From a virus (Duplodnaviria > Caudoviricetes), in IMG/VR virus record IMGVR_UViG_3300049477_000020, positions 1-53,643 of that record: a stretch of 53,643 nt of DNA; one strand, written 5' to 3'. A model generated the notes under the pieces. The model did not search any database and was not told the DNA's origin. It saw only the letters and a list, made by a program, of their open reading frames with translations. The position numbers and the translations under genes were made by a program. Positions 19,523 to 29,745 of the stretch are shown piece by piece. Each line of letters begins with the position of its first letter. Within the stretch, counting starts at the first letter, position 1.

Positions 19523-20832
19523 GAGACTGTCACCGCGATCTCGCGTGCTCCAGCGTAGGGGTGTGAGACGAGCATCCCGTCTCCAGTCGATCTGGCCCCC
19601 AGCAGCGCAGCGCCGTTGGCCACACCTGCCTCTGGTCCGTAGGCTACCAAGAAGCCCTCATCCGAAAGCGCTTGGTCGAAGTTGGCATCATCGGTGTCGT
19701 TACCATCGGCATCGAGTGTGTAGCCGGTGACGGCTGAGATCAGAGAGTTGTAGTCCCACTCGCGGCCCTGCGTCCGAGTCAGTGGGGGCTTCGGGAGGAT
19801 GCGAGGTGACTGCTCCTGCTCCAGCCCCTTCTTGACCCTCACAAGCGAGTGCGGATAGACCTGAGCCCAGCGTGTCGAAGTACCGCGAGGGGACACCTTC
19901 GGCACGATCTCCCAGTAGTCGCTGTCGGAGACAATGTTGGCCACTTGGGTGGAGCGATGCAGGGGCAGCCCATCGGGGTCTACGGTCATCAGGACGCTGG
20001 CTGGCTTCAGTTTCCCCAGCACCTGGATGAGGGCCAACTCGTCCTCAGCCCTATCGAGACGCCCCTCGGGAGTCGAGGGGTACTCCTTCTTGACGCGCAC
20101 CACGAACTCAGATCGAGAGTTGGTCCCGCTCCGACCGAAGAGCACCGCATCCTCGACCTCAGCCCAAGATGCCGGGGGGAAGTCGCTCCAGAGCGGGAAG
20201 TCCGTCTCAACATCATCCCAAGGACGCCCCGTAGAGCCCCCTCCAGCCCCGTAGGCGTCAATGAGAGGCCAGGTCTCGTAGATGTCGCAGTCCACCCCCG
20301 TCAGCGCTTCAGCGGCTGTCGTGAGCCCCGGAATGGTGCCTCCCATGGGGATAGCCCTGGCCAGAGCGATGACGCGGTTGCGGTAGGCCGCATCAGCAGC
20401 CTCCATCTCGTCCCACTCATCGGGGGTGGCTGTGGACTCCATAGGGTCCACGGGGAGAATCTCGGGGATCTTGCGGGCCACGCCAAAGATGGCGCCGTAG
20501 AAGCGGTCTAGGTCGAAGAAGCGAGAGCCTGCGAGGGTGTTCTGAAGACGTGCCACCAGGCTGCGCTTGCGCAACTGCCCGGTCCCAGCGTCGCCGAGGA
20601 GGGCACGCATCAAGCGGACCAGGTGGCTGGTCTCACTGAGGTCATACAAGGACTCGTGGAAGTGGCTCAGGCGTGCGTCGGTGCGGTAGTCAGGCACCAG
20701 CAAGCCGGTGAGGTACTCGACCGTTCCAGCCTGTGGGGTGGTGTTGCCACCTTGCAGGGGAAGCAGCGCCCCAAAGGGGATCAACTGCGTGATAGTCCCA
20801 TTGTCCTGGTTGAAGATGTCTTCAGGCAGCAT
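19519..20832 (-). CDS. Baseplate wedge protein (gpI-like position)
   Basis: Follows baseplate J; DLDRFYGAIFGVAR, YRNRV..., GGTIPGL, LKPA motifs. Confidence 0.7.
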   Translation of the reverse strand: MLPEDIFNQDNGTITQLIPFGALLPLQGGNTTPQAGTVEYLTGLLVPDYRTDARLSHFHESLYDLSETSHLVRLMRALLGDAGTGQLRKRSLVARLQNTLAGSRFFDLDRFYGAIFGVARKIPEILPVDPMESTATPDEWDEMEAADAAYRNRVIALARAIPMGGTIPGLTTAAEALTGVDCDIYETWPLIDAYGAGGGSTGRPWDDVETDFPLWSDFPPASWAEVEDAVLFGRSGTNSRSEFVVRVKKEYPSTPEGRLDRAEDELALIQVLGKLKPASVLMTVDPDGLPLHRSTQVANIVSDSDYWEIVPKVSPRGTSTRWAQVYPHSLVRVKKGLEQEQSPRILPKPPLTRTQGREWDYNSLISAVTGYTLDADGNDTDDANFDQALSDEGFLVAYGPEAGVANGAALLGARSTGDGMLVSHPYAGAREIAVTVS

Positions 20833-22649
20833 TAGGACAACCCGAAGGTGTTGGCCGCCCTGAGTTCCTTCACGGCATCGTAGACAACGGGGAACTCACT
20901 GTCTCCGAAGAAGAGGTCTTTGGGCCACCCTGCGGTACTGACGTAAGTCGCGGCCACTGCATCGTCCACGATGAGTTGGATACCGACGCTGTAGGTGTTG
21001 CGGTTGGCGTACACGAAGCCAGGCTCATCCTCAGGCCCAGACAAGAACCTCACGGCGTCTACGCCTGCTACGTTGGCCACCGTGCGGAGCACGTCAGATA
21101 CTTGCAGGGTGCCACCGATACCCAACTGGCCAATGAAGGTAATCAGGGCTGTGTCGATGTCTTGGTTGACTGTCGCGGGGACATACCCGCGCTCATACAT
21201 CACAGCGAAGTTGAACCGCAGGCTGAGCGACTTGGCGGCATGGGCCAGCGCGTCGATACCCACGAGGCGCCAACGGTCAATCCCGTCCTGCACAGCCGTA
21301 GGGATGTCGTTGTAGAGGTAGTTGTCGTTGGTCCCAATGGTGAACTGCTCGTTGTTGGCAGGCAAGAGGGTCGCGTCCCACTCCAGGCCGAAGCGTGATC
21401 GAGCAGACCATCCCTCAGCCCCATCCTCATGCACCACTCGGTAGGCATCAACGAAGTCCACGATTGCCCCTGAGTCCACCCGACCGTAAGTGTCGCCGTC
21501 GATGGTGAGGGTGTCTGGGATCGCGATGATCGGGCCCCAGGCCAAGGGGATGAAGACGTTGTTGTTGGCCGGAGCAGCACCATTCTCACGGACGAACAAC
21601 TGGCGGTACAGAGGGTCTATCACCGTGTTGTTGAATCGCCGCGTGTCGTCGAAGATCACTGACTGCACGACTGTCAAGGGGCGGCTACCAGCGCACCACA
21701 CATCGACTCGGTGCAACTCGCCAGCCTCTGGGTCATTACGCGAGGCCTCAGGGGTGTACTCGAAGTCCAACTCGACAATCAGTCCGTCGGGCATCGCGAT
21801 GGGGTTAGACACCACGACCTTGGGTGGGTTGACCGAAGTGTCCCAGTCGTAGTCATAGCCAGGCATGAACATGTCACCGGCGTCGATGTTCACTCCCACG
21901 AAGGCTGACGTGGGGAAGGAGTACAGAGCATCATCGACCGTAGAGATGGCCTCACCTGAGGCGATCTGCAACTGCTCTCGACGACGCTTTGAGGCTCCGA
22001 TGACGTTGGCTGCTGGGCAGTCGGCATCATTCAGGGCGATCCCGAGGTACATCTGCTCGGTGCCAGCGAGCGACCTGAAGACCGTAGCCCTCCAGCGCTC
22101 GCGAAGTTCCTGATCCGACTCCTGGGTGTCACCTCCCGTGATGGCCTCAATGTTGGTCACGGTGCGGACCCCAGACAGGGGCGAGACGATGCGCGTCAAG
22201 AGTCCCGGCCCGATGTTCCCGGACACCCCAGCCGAGATGGCCTGGACGGGTACGGTGACCGAAGAGACCCCTGGGGCCAGGATTCCCCCTGTGAGGGTCA
22301 AGAACGGCACTGATGGGGAGGTCACAGAGTTGACCTGGGTGTTGATGGGCACGAAGGCCGTAGAGGTCAAGGACCCTGTACGAGCGAAGGTCACTCCCCC
22401 CGAGGCCCTCCGAGCCGCGAGCCGGTAGATCCCGAAGAGGGCACAGAAGGCGTCCAGATCCGAGTCTGTCTTCGAGTCGATGTCGTACTGGTAGGACAGC
22501 ATGTGGGAGTCGATGTAGGCCTCAGAGACCGACTCAGCCACGGCGTCGATGATCTTGCGGGTCACTGAGCCGACGGTGGTGTCCAGTTCAGGGTCAGATA
22601 GGGCCAGGTTAGCCCTGATCGCCGCTACGATCTCAGTCTGAGATGCCAC
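20832..22649 (-). CDS. Baseplate J-like protein
   Basis: LDAFCALFGIYRLAARRASGGVTF, AISAGVSGNI, GGDTQESDQELRER. Confidence 0.9.
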   Translation of the reverse strand: MASQTEIVAAIRANLALSDPELDTTVGSVTRKIIDAVAESVSEAYIDSHMLSYQYDIDSKTDSDLDAFCALFGIYRLAARRASGGVTFARTGSLTSTAFVPINTQVNSVTSPSVPFLTLTGGILAPGVSSVTVPVQAISAGVSGNIGPGLLTRIVSPLSGVRTVTNIEAITGGDTQESDQELRERWRATVFRSLAGTEQMYLGIALNDADCPAANVIGASKRRREQLQIASGEAISTVDDALYSFPTSAFVGVNIDAGDMFMPGYDYDWDTSVNPPKVVVSNPIAMPDGLIVELDFEYTPEASRNDPEAGELHRVDVWCAGSRPLTVVQSVIFDDTRRFNNTVIDPLYRQLFVRENGAAPANNNVFIPLAWGPIIAIPDTLTIDGDTYGRVDSGAIVDFVDAYRVVHEDGAEGWSARSRFGLEWDATLLPANNEQFTIGTNDNYLYNDIPTAVQDGIDRWRLVGIDALAHAAKSLSLRFNFAVMYERGYVPATVNQDIDTALITFIGQLGIGGTLQVSDVLRTVANVAGVDAVRFLSGPEDEPGFVYANRNTYSVGIQLIVDDAVAATYVSTAGWPKDLFFGDSEFPVVYDAVKELRAANTFGLS

Positions 22650-23077
22650 TAGATGTTCACCGTCCTGGTGATGTTCACTCGCACTCCAGCCATCGTGACC
22701 AAGCCTACCGTGACCTTGATGCGATCCAAGTAGAGTTCCGCCTCGATGCCCAGGACCTGGGCGATGACATCGGCTGTAGAGTGCCTAGCCAGCGCTCCTT
22801 GCGACGTGTCCTTGACGATCTCGCGCTGCTGGATAGCCATCTGCTGGTCGATGATCCGGGCCACCTCAGCCTTGACCAGCATGAGGGTCTCACTGTCCAT
22901 GGGCTGCCCGATGTAGGTGGGCAGGACCGAGCCCCATTCTGTGTGAAAGCGGTCATTCTTCAGGGGCTCGCCAAGGGCTAGGGCCAAGTCTTGGCGGATC
23001 TTGGCATGACCAGTCGTCGTGGCGTGCCCGTTCGGGCCCACGACGAGATCCCCATTGGCTAGGGTCAGGGTCTTCAC
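22649..23077 (-). CDS. Baseplate wedge subunit (gp25/gpW-like)
   Basis: KIRQDLALAL..RFHTEWGS motif, immediately upstream of baseplate J. Confidence 0.8.
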   Translation of the reverse strand: MKTLTLANGDLVVGPNGHATTTGHAKIRQDLALALGEPLKNDRFHTEWGSVLPTYIGQPMDSETLMLVKAEVARIIDQQMAIQQREIVKDTSQGALARHSTADVIAQVLGIEAELYLDRIKVTVGLVTMAGVRVNITRTVNI

Positions 23078-23088
23078 TCGGCTACCTC

Positions 23089-23124
23089 CACCCCTTCGCG
23101 GGGCTCAGATGGACAGGGACAGGA
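23089..23124 (-). promoter_or_regulatory. Conserved bipartite late-gene motif
   Basis: TCCTGT-N12-GAGCCCCGCGAAGGGGTG upstream of 23077. Confidence 0.75.
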
Positions 23125-23127
23125 GGC

Positions 23128-23520
23128 TCAGCCAGCCTGGACCTGCTTCCAGGAGTAGGTGTCGGCTGCGGACTTCAGGCAGACATAGAGCACATCGGCC
23201 ACTCCTGGGTCACCCAGGATCAGGACCTCTCGGCCCCTCTGCCCCTCTTCTGGGGTTGGGAGAGCATCCAGGATCGAGATCCCGGAGTTGTACCCCGTGA
23301 CGCTCTGCCAGATCGCGGCGAAGTTCCAGGTGCCAAAGGTACGGTCGATGAGCCAGACCTCTCCAACCTGGGGGAGCCCACCCTTGGCTCGTTGCGGCAG
23401 CAACGGCACCTCGATCTCCACAGCACCGCCCACGTCGATACACAGAGCCGTGCTCCGCTCAGTGATCTGCTCGACCTTCACATACTTGTGGGGAAGCCCC
23501 TGAGGGGTCATGCGCTTCAT
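23128..23520 (-). CDS. Putative baseplate spike/OB-fold protein
   Basis: LPQVGEVWLI motif; lies between the hub and wedge genes. Confidence 0.55.
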   Translation of the reverse strand: MKRMTPQGLPHKYVKVEQITERSTALCIDVGGAVEIEVPLLPQRAKGGLPQVGEVWLIDRTFGTWNFAAIWQSVTGYNSGISILDALPTPEEGQRGREVLILGDPGVADVLYVCLKSAADTYSWKQVQAG

Positions 23521-26123
23521 TGTGCGCCCGCATTAGTCGGAGGTTCGGGGGTGGTCTCAATAGCAGGCCTGAGGACCTTCTGGGCCTGCTCCCTGGTCAT
23601 CCCTGGAGTGTAGCCACCGGCGAGGGGGAGCCCCATCAAGGTGTGCTGGTTGGCTCCGACCCCTTGCCCCTCTTTGCCCCTAGGTAGACGAGCCGGGGCT
23701 GCCAGGTTGACGCTCGTGTTGAAGCCACCCTGTGGGCCAAAGTTGAACGAGTGAGTGACCGTAGTGACATAGCCCTGGAAGTCGAACTTGGGGATCTGAA
23801 GCAGCATCCCAGGGAACAACTCAGGCATGAAGGTCAGGGGCACCTGGGCGTTGTACTGGTAGGCCCACTGACGCATGAAGAGGTAGAGGGCAGAGAAGAA
23901 CTCAGCGCGGTGGTCGTTGTCGGCGATCATACCGTCGATCACCTGGTAGTCAGGTCGAGCGCCGAACTTACGGTAGATGAAGTCGGTGAACTCCTGAGCC
24001 TCCTGTTTGGTGGCTTTGATGCCGAAGAGCAGTTCCATGACGGACGGAATGTCGATGTTGGCGAGCCCAAAGGTGGAGTAGGCCAGGTCGTTGGGGGTGA
24101 CGTTGGTGCCCTCGCTGCTGCCGAAGTTCACCGACGCTGCTCCAGTGGCTACGTCTAGTGTGTTCTGGATGCCCAAGACCGTGAACTGGTGAGTCACGAA
24201 GAAGTCGTCAGACCAGTCCACAGTGAAGTCGAGGACCTCGATGGGCTCGACAACCATGACCGCCGCAGTCCCCCACAGCCCGTAGTAGTCAGGGAACCAT
24301 GCGATGAAGTCACCGTTGGGGGCCGAGCAGAAGGATCTCAGCGAGGCGTTGAGGATGTTCTTCAAGAAGCCACCTAGCAGTGGCTGGTCATTCAGGAGCG
24401 CTCGGATGCCCTGGAGGGTCTGGGCAAACGTGTTCGCCTGAGTGTCCTGGACCGCAGCGACGAACCCCGAGTCCCCGAAGAGGGTGTTGAAGTCGTCCTT
24501 GGTACCACCAGGCGCCAGTGTTCCGGGGTCTGTCTGACCGGTGTAGGTCGCGCCCTGGGTATCCACCGCATACCCCTGGTTGTCCGTCTTCGCCCCGCTC
24601 GTGGTGGTGCTACCCACTCTGTTGTAGGTGATCCTCGGCAGCAGACCCCCGTACTGGTAGAACGAAGTGTCAGCCACCTTGACGCGAGCCGGTAGATCGC
24701 GGGTGTTGGTCGCGACCTCTTCGCTGTTGTTGCCGATGCTCAGGCCAATGTGCTCAGCCTGTCGAATCAGGACTGCGCCAGGTGTGACCATCGCCTCCTC
24801 CAGCGTAATGCGCTCGCACTGTGCGTCGATGTCGCTGACATCGCTGACGCCCGGCTTGATCTCTGTGCCACCCAACGTGTGGTAGTAGACGTAGCGGACC
24901 AGGTTCGAGCAGTCGAGGTGAGGGGGTGGGTATTGACTCAGGGGGAAGTCACGAGCCTGGCTGTACTCGATGTTGGGGTACTCGTCCACCAGTTGGAGGG
25001 CCCAAGAGACGAGAGCATCGCCAGTGGCCACACCCTGTGTCTGTGTGACACCCGTTGTCTTCTTCAGTTTCGCGGTCATCGCAGCGACCAGGGCCTTAGC
25101 CTGTGGGGTCGTAGCCTGATAGTTTGACCCGTCCTCGAAGGCTGAGTTCTGAATCGTCTGCCCAGCCATCCAGGTCGTCATCTTGTCGCGGTTCGTCAGG
25201 GCCTTCAGGCGCGTGAAGAACGTGGTGGCGGCGTACTCCACATTGGCGCACTGCTGCACTGACCCCCACCCTTGCGAGGGGCGCTGCTGGAAGACGCCAA
25301 CTGAATCATGGTCTACGGCGACATCTGAGTTGGTGAGATGGGACTCGGCAATAGCCACCGAGAAGGCGGTAATCATGTCCGTCTCAGTGATGCCCTTGAT
25401 GGACGACCCGACGTTCCAGATTTGCACAGCGATAGCCAACTGTGTGCGGTCAAAGGACTCGCCACCGTAGGTGCCTGGCTTCAGGTCACCCGTGTAGACA
25501 GCCGTTGAGGCCCCTGAGTAAGACGTACCAGCCATGCTGGCTAGTTGCTCCAGTACCGGCTCCAGGGAGTCCTTGGACTCTTTCCCGATCTCCGTCGCCA
25601 CTTGCTCAGCGATCTTGAACCAGTCAGCGGGGATGCGTCCGATGTGGATCTTCGAGTCAGGCCAGCCAACCACCTTGTCCAAGACGTTCTTGATGACGTT
25701 GGTGAGCCCACCATCGGTGTTGAAGGAAGACTCGTCGCTCGTACCTTCGAGAGATGTCTGAATGAGGTTCCATGCGGCTGTGGTGTACGGATCCCAGTAC
25801 CAGTACTGCAACCTCTTCAGCGTGCACGATGAGGAGACCTGGATGACCTTAGGCCAAGCCGACATCATGGGGACAGAGTTGAGATAGCCAGAGTAGACTT
25901 GGAGCCACGTCAGCCTCTTCATCAAGACGACGATGCGGTCGTTCGGGGTGAAGAGGCCATCGTACTTCCGGCGCGTGTTCTGAAGCCCGAAGGAGAAGGT
26001 GGAGACGCCATCGCTGCGCCGCACCATCGTGCCCTCAGTCAAGTCGTTGGAGAGATCCAGGGTGCCGTTGTTCTCTGTCTCGACATAGACCTTGACGCCA
26101 GGCGAGTAGACCATGGTGGGCAT
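23517..26123 (-). CDS. Baseplate hub with lysozyme-like and NlpC/P60 peptidoglycan hydrolase domains
   Basis: AIAES..DHDSVGVFQQRPSQGWG (actinobacterial lytic transglycosylase-like), LDCSNLV...EHIGL (NlpC/P60 Cys-His), C-terminal MPELFPGMLLQI..YVTTVTHSF hub motif. Start 26123 or 26150. Confidence 0.8.
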   Translation of the reverse strand: MPTMVYSPGVKVYVETENNGTLDLSNDLTEGTMVRRSDGVSTFSFGLQNTRRKYDGLFTPNDRIVVLMKRLTWLQVYSGYLNSVPMMSAWPKVIQVSSSCTLKRLQYWYWDPYTTAAWNLIQTSLEGTSDESSFNTDGGLTNVIKNVLDKVVGWPDSKIHIGRIPADWFKIAEQVATEIGKESKDSLEPVLEQLASMAGTSYSGASTAVYTGDLKPGTYGGESFDRTQLAIAVQIWNVGSSIKGITETDMITAFSVAIAESHLTNSDVAVDHDSVGVFQQRPSQGWGSVQQCANVEYAATTFFTRLKALTNRDKMTTWMAGQTIQNSAFEDGSNYQATTPQAKALVAAMTAKLKKTTGVTQTQGVATGDALVSWALQLVDEYPNIEYSQARDFPLSQYPPPHLDCSNLVRYVYYHTLGGTEIKPGVSDVSDIDAQCERITLEEAMVTPGAVLIRQAEHIGLSIGNNSEEVATNTRDLPARVKVADTSFYQYGGLLPRITYNRVGSTTTSGAKTDNQGYAVDTQGATYTGQTDPGTLAPGGTKDDFNTLFGDSGFVAAVQDTQANTFAQTLQGIRALLNDQPLLGGFLKNILNASLRSFCSAPNGDFIAWFPDYYGLWGTAAVMVVEPIEVLDFTVDWSDDFFVTHQFTVLGIQNTLDVATGAASVNFGSSEGTNVTPNDLAYSTFGLANIDIPSVMELLFGIKATKQEAQEFTDFIYRKFGARPDYQVIDGMIADNDHRAEFFSALYLFMRQWAYQYNAQVPLTFMPELFPGMLLQIPKFDFQGYVTTVTHSFNFGPQGGFNTSVNLAAPARLPRGKEGQGVGANQHTLMGLPLAGGYTPGMTREQAQKVLRPAIETTPEPPTNAGAQ

Positions 26124-26124
26124 G

Positions 26125-26820
26125 TCACTCAGTCCCTTCGTCTGGCTCATTGGCTGTCGTGTCAGGGGGATTGGACACAGACTCCTCGGCGCCCTGAGCC
26201 CAGTCAGAAGTCTGAGCGTTGGCCGAATCCTGGCCCACCCTCTCTACACCAGGAGGGCTGTAGATCGGGACGTAGGTGCCATCTGGAGGTACGGCGTCTC
26301 CGCTCAGTTGCACCCCTGCTGGATAGAAGTAGCGGTTCTCTCGGTAGCCGAGGGAGTTGATGGGGTCATGGTACTTCGAGTACTTGGGGCGTGCAGAGTC
26401 CCACGGCTCAGAGGTGGTCTCGAAGGAGATGAGGCGGTTCCAGACCATCGCCCCCACATGATCGCCCCACTCCCACCCAGAGACGGGCACTCCCGTGCGA
26501 GTGAAGTCGCGGGCAGGCACCCGAGCCGTCATCACGGGAAACGCAGCACGCAGGTCTGGGGTCACGGCGTAGTCGGCGTACTCAGACATCCAGTCCGAGA
26601 AGGCTCGGTGTTCGCCATACCCGACCAGAGCCGCAGTGATGCTGAACTGTGTGGGGATCCTCTTCATGGGATAGATCGCACGCTGCGTGCGCCCCTGTGA
26701 CTCTGTGTAGATCAACTCCATACCATGCGTGATGGCTATGCAACGCACTCGGAAGGCTTTGGTTCTGCCTTCCCAAGGGTAGGAGAGGGTGGCGTTCAGG
26801 CCACGGCGTTCGCTAGGCAT
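26125..26820 (-). CDS. Tail/baseplate protein
   Basis: Coupled within the tail operon. Confidence 0.65.
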   Translation of the reverse strand: MPSERRGLNATLSYPWEGRTKAFRVRCIAITHGMELIYTESQGRTQRAIYPMKRIPTQFSITAALVGYGEHRAFSDWMSEYADYAVTPDLRAAFPVMTARVPARDFTRTGVPVSGWEWGDHVGAMVWNRLISFETTSEPWDSARPKYSKYHDPINSLGYRENRYFYPAGVQLSGDAVPPDGTYVPIYSPPGVERVGQDSANAQTSDWAQGAEESVSNPPDTTANEPDEGTE

Positions 26821-27086
26821 CAGACATCAACCTGAAAGTCATCAGACTCAGACCCCTGAGACGGATGCAGATCGCCTTCATCCCCGAAGAGCACGAGTGA
26901 TGCGTCTTGCGGCAGATAGGTCGGGATTGACAGGTCATCGTGCATCGTCGCATCGAGATCATGGAAGAGCCCGTTGACGGTGAAGACGAACCCGCTCATG
27001 GGGATGCGTACCTCATCCATGACTCTGTTGGCCACAGGCTTAGGCAGAGACACGGGTACGTCGGAGGCCCAGTCGCCGTCACTCAT
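26820..27086 (-). CDS. Small acidic hypothetical protein
   Basis: Overlapping start/stop with both neighbours. Confidence 0.6.
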   Translation of the reverse strand: MSDGDWASDVPVSLPKPVANRVMDEVRIPMSGFVFTVNGLFHDLDATMHDDLSIPTYLPQDASLVLFGDEGDLHPSQGSESDDFQVDV

Positions 27087-27766
27087 CGGGTCCTCTGTCC
27101 GTCCTGCGTCTTGCTGCTCTGCTGATGCAGTTGACCGCCATTTGTGTAGTCTTGTTCTCCCGGCTTGTTGGCAAAGCGACCAGGTCCATTGTACTCACTG
27201 GCCACCCATCCAACCCCATCGCTGAGCCGTGAGATGTAGTTGTTGATGGCCTCCTGCTTCTTCGCTCCGATCACCCCGTTCTTACCGACCTTGACCACTG
27301 ACTGAGAGAGGTCTTCGACGATGAACAGCACGATCTTGTACTCGTGCGAGAAGTGGTCAGGAGAGTGAGTAATGGCGCCACCCTTGGGGTCCTCGATGGC
27401 CAGCAGGTAGACGCTGAAGCGCCACCCTTTGAGGGGGAAGTTGAACACGGGCGGGGGCTGCATCTTGTCGTAGACGGAGGCGTCCTCGGCCTGCTTGTCC
27501 ATGATGAGGCGCACGCCAGCCAAGAACTGCTCGGCCAACTCCCACGACACCTTACTGGCCGTCGTCTGCCCCGCCTTGACCTCACCGTACGAGCCGATGA
27601 GTTCGATGTTGTTGAGGGTCGCACCATTGACCTGGACGACTCGACCCCCAACGGTCGGCTGCACGAAGGTGTTGACCTGAAAGTTCCACTGGATGCTGTT
27701 GGGGTTGATCCGAAACGTGATAGACGGGCCACCCTCATAGCCAAGCGTTGCGTTGCCGCTGGCCAT
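27083..27766 (-). CDS. Tail tube initiator-like protein
   Basis: ITFRINPNSI motif, immediately after the tape measure gene. Confidence 0.6.
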   Translation of the reverse strand: MASGNATLGYEGGPSITFRINPNSIQWNFQVNTFVQPTVGGRVVQVNGATLNNIELIGSYGEVKAGQTTASKVSWELAEQFLAGVRLIMDKQAEDASVYDKMQPPPVFNFPLKGWRFSVYLLAIEDPKGGAITHSPDHFSHEYKIVLFIVEDLSQSVVKVGKNGVIGAKKQEAINNYISRLSDGVGWVASEYNGPGRFANKPGEQDYTNGGQLHQQSSKTQDGQRTR

Positions 27767-29742
27767 CAGAGGATCCTACCCAGGAAGGATGTCGTCTGCT
27801 CCATGAGCGATGGCTTAGGCATCCCCGTCGAGTCAGCCTCGTCAGCCCCGTTGCTGTAGGTGAACCACTTGCGAGCCTCGTCTGTCAGACCGATGAGGCC
27901 CTTCTCCCCCTCATCCTCTATGCCAGATAGCCCAGCGACCTCATCGACGCTCCTCCCTTTGAGATCCTCACCGGCCAGGTCCTCACCGTCGATGAACTCG
28001 GCGCCCTTCAGGATCTCTCCAGTCGGGTCCTTGTCGAGCGCCTCCTGCACCGTCATCTCAGAAGCGCTGCCGTTCTTGTCATAGACCTTGACCTTGGTCG
28101 TATCTGCACCAGACCCTCCGATGTTCTGGAACAAGCCATTCAGCAGGTCGCTCTGCTCACCGCCAGCGTTGACTCTATCGACGTAGGATTGAGCAGCGGC
28201 AGACTCACTGGTTGTCAAGCCGGTAGCGTCCATCACGGCACCATTCAATCCACCACCGACGAATGGCACACTTTCCAGGAGCGTGCCACCGACGTTCTTC
28301 TTCTTGCCCAAGTCTCCAAGTTCATCCGCAGAGAGTTGCGTCCCCTCCTTAGAGGCCGCCTCTGCCGTCTTGCCCGCCAACTGGAAGATGATGTCCACGA
28401 GAGCCATCTCGATGCTGGCGTACGTCTTGCCAGTCATGTTCTCAGCGACCGTCTTGATGGCGAAGAAGTCTGGTCCATCCTTGAACTTCATCATGTACGC
28501 TTTGGCGATAGCCATCGCGTCGTTCTCGTTCATGTCTGGGTACTCGGCGATCTTGCCCTTCAGCCAGTTGAGAGCCTCAGCGGAAAGATTCTGGGTGACC
28601 TGCTCCATAGCAGCATCCTGGCCCTGAGAGGCAACGTCCTCGCCATTGGCCTGCCGAGCGTAGTACTCGTTGGGGCTCATGCCGAGACGTGCCGCAGCAG
28701 CCCTCGTCTGCATCTGTGTGGTAGTTCCGCTGTAGTCCGTGGTCGAAGCAAAGGCCTGACCACGCTGGGTCGCCTGGAGCGTCATCGCCTTGGCGAACTG
28801 GCTCGATCCCTCGCCGAACCCGGCGTTGCCAGCGATCTCTGTCAAGGTAATCAAGTGCTCTTCCATCATGCTGAAGTTGACACCACTGTCCTTGGCAGCC
28901 TTGCTCAGAGACTGGATGGCAGTCTCCATGTCTTTCATGTTCAGCGCTGGGTTGCGACTCAGGGTATCCATCTGAGCCAAACCCTGATCGACAGAGAGCC
29001 CAGCACTCTTGCTCATCTCGATGAAGTTCTCTGCGTCACGGATGTTGTAGCCCGTCGTCCCGCTGCTGCCCTTGCCCTCATCTGGCCCGTCATCTCGGAA
29101 TCCAGCAGCCGTCAATCCCATGTAGGTCTTGCGCGACTCTTCGCCGGACATGATGCCAGCGGTGCTCCAGCGGTACTTCTCCTCTTCCCAGCGATTGTCC
29201 ATCGCCTGGATGTTGGTTCCACCGACGAGCGCCTGGTAGCGAGCGTTCTTGTCTCGCTGTGACCTGAACTCATCGAGCCCCTGCATCGCTGTATCGACGA
29301 ATGGCACAGCCCTCACAAGGCCCTCACCCATGCCTTGTCCCGAGCCGCCCGCGATGCCCTGGGTGTTTGCACCCTCTCCAGGCGCTGATGCAGGCGCCTT
29401 GGGCGTGACGCCACCCCCTCCGCCGCCTCCCTCGCCCCCAGGAGCAGCGGCTACCGTCTGGCCAGTCCTGGCCGCGTCGTCGGATGCAGCACTGGCACCG
29501 CCAGAGCCCAGTTGCTGAGAGGTGGTGAGTCCGGTCAAGGCGGTGTTCAGTTTGCCCAGGACACCCGTGAGCCCGGAAGATGTGGAGCCACTGGCTCCAT
29601 CCCCCAGGTTCTTGTTCATCGAGAGCAGGGTGACCATAGATGTCTGGAGGTCACGGATAGCCTGTTCGATGGCGCGGTCGCCCTCAATCATGGTCTCAAA
29701 GCCGCGAGCGAGGTCGTAACCTCCAGACTCATCCCGTGCCAT
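27766..29742 (-). CDS. Tape measure protein
   Basis: 658-aa Ala/Gly-rich helical protein directly after the chaperone pair. Confidence 0.7.
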   Translation of the reverse strand: MARDESGGYDLARGFETMIEGDRAIEQAIRDLQTSMVTLLSMNKNLGDGASGSTSSGLTGVLGKLNTALTGLTTSQQLGSGGASAASDDAARTGQTVAAAPGGEGGGGGGGVTPKAPASAPGEGANTQGIAGGSGQGMGEGLVRAVPFVDTAMQGLDEFRSQRDKNARYQALVGGTNIQAMDNRWEEEKYRWSTAGIMSGEESRKTYMGLTAAGFRDDGPDEGKGSSGTTGYNIRDAENFIEMSKSAGLSVDQGLAQMDTLSRNPALNMKDMETAIQSLSKAAKDSGVNFSMMEEHLITLTEIAGNAGFGEGSSQFAKAMTLQATQRGQAFASTTDYSGTTTQMQTRAAAARLGMSPNEYYARQANGEDVASQGQDAAMEQVTQNLSAEALNWLKGKIAEYPDMNENDAMAIAKAYMMKFKDGPDFFAIKTVAENMTGKTYASIEMALVDIIFQLAGKTAEAASKEGTQLSADELGDLGKKKNVGGTLLESVPFVGGGLNGAVMDATGLTTSESAAAQSYVDRVNAGGEQSDLLNGLFQNIGGSGADTTKVKVYDKNGSASEMTVQEALDKDPTGEILKGAEFIDGEDLAGEDLKGRSVDEVAGLSGIEDEGEKGLIGLTDEARKWFTYSNGADEADSTGMPKPSLMEQTTSFLGRIL

Positions 29743-29745
29743 CTA

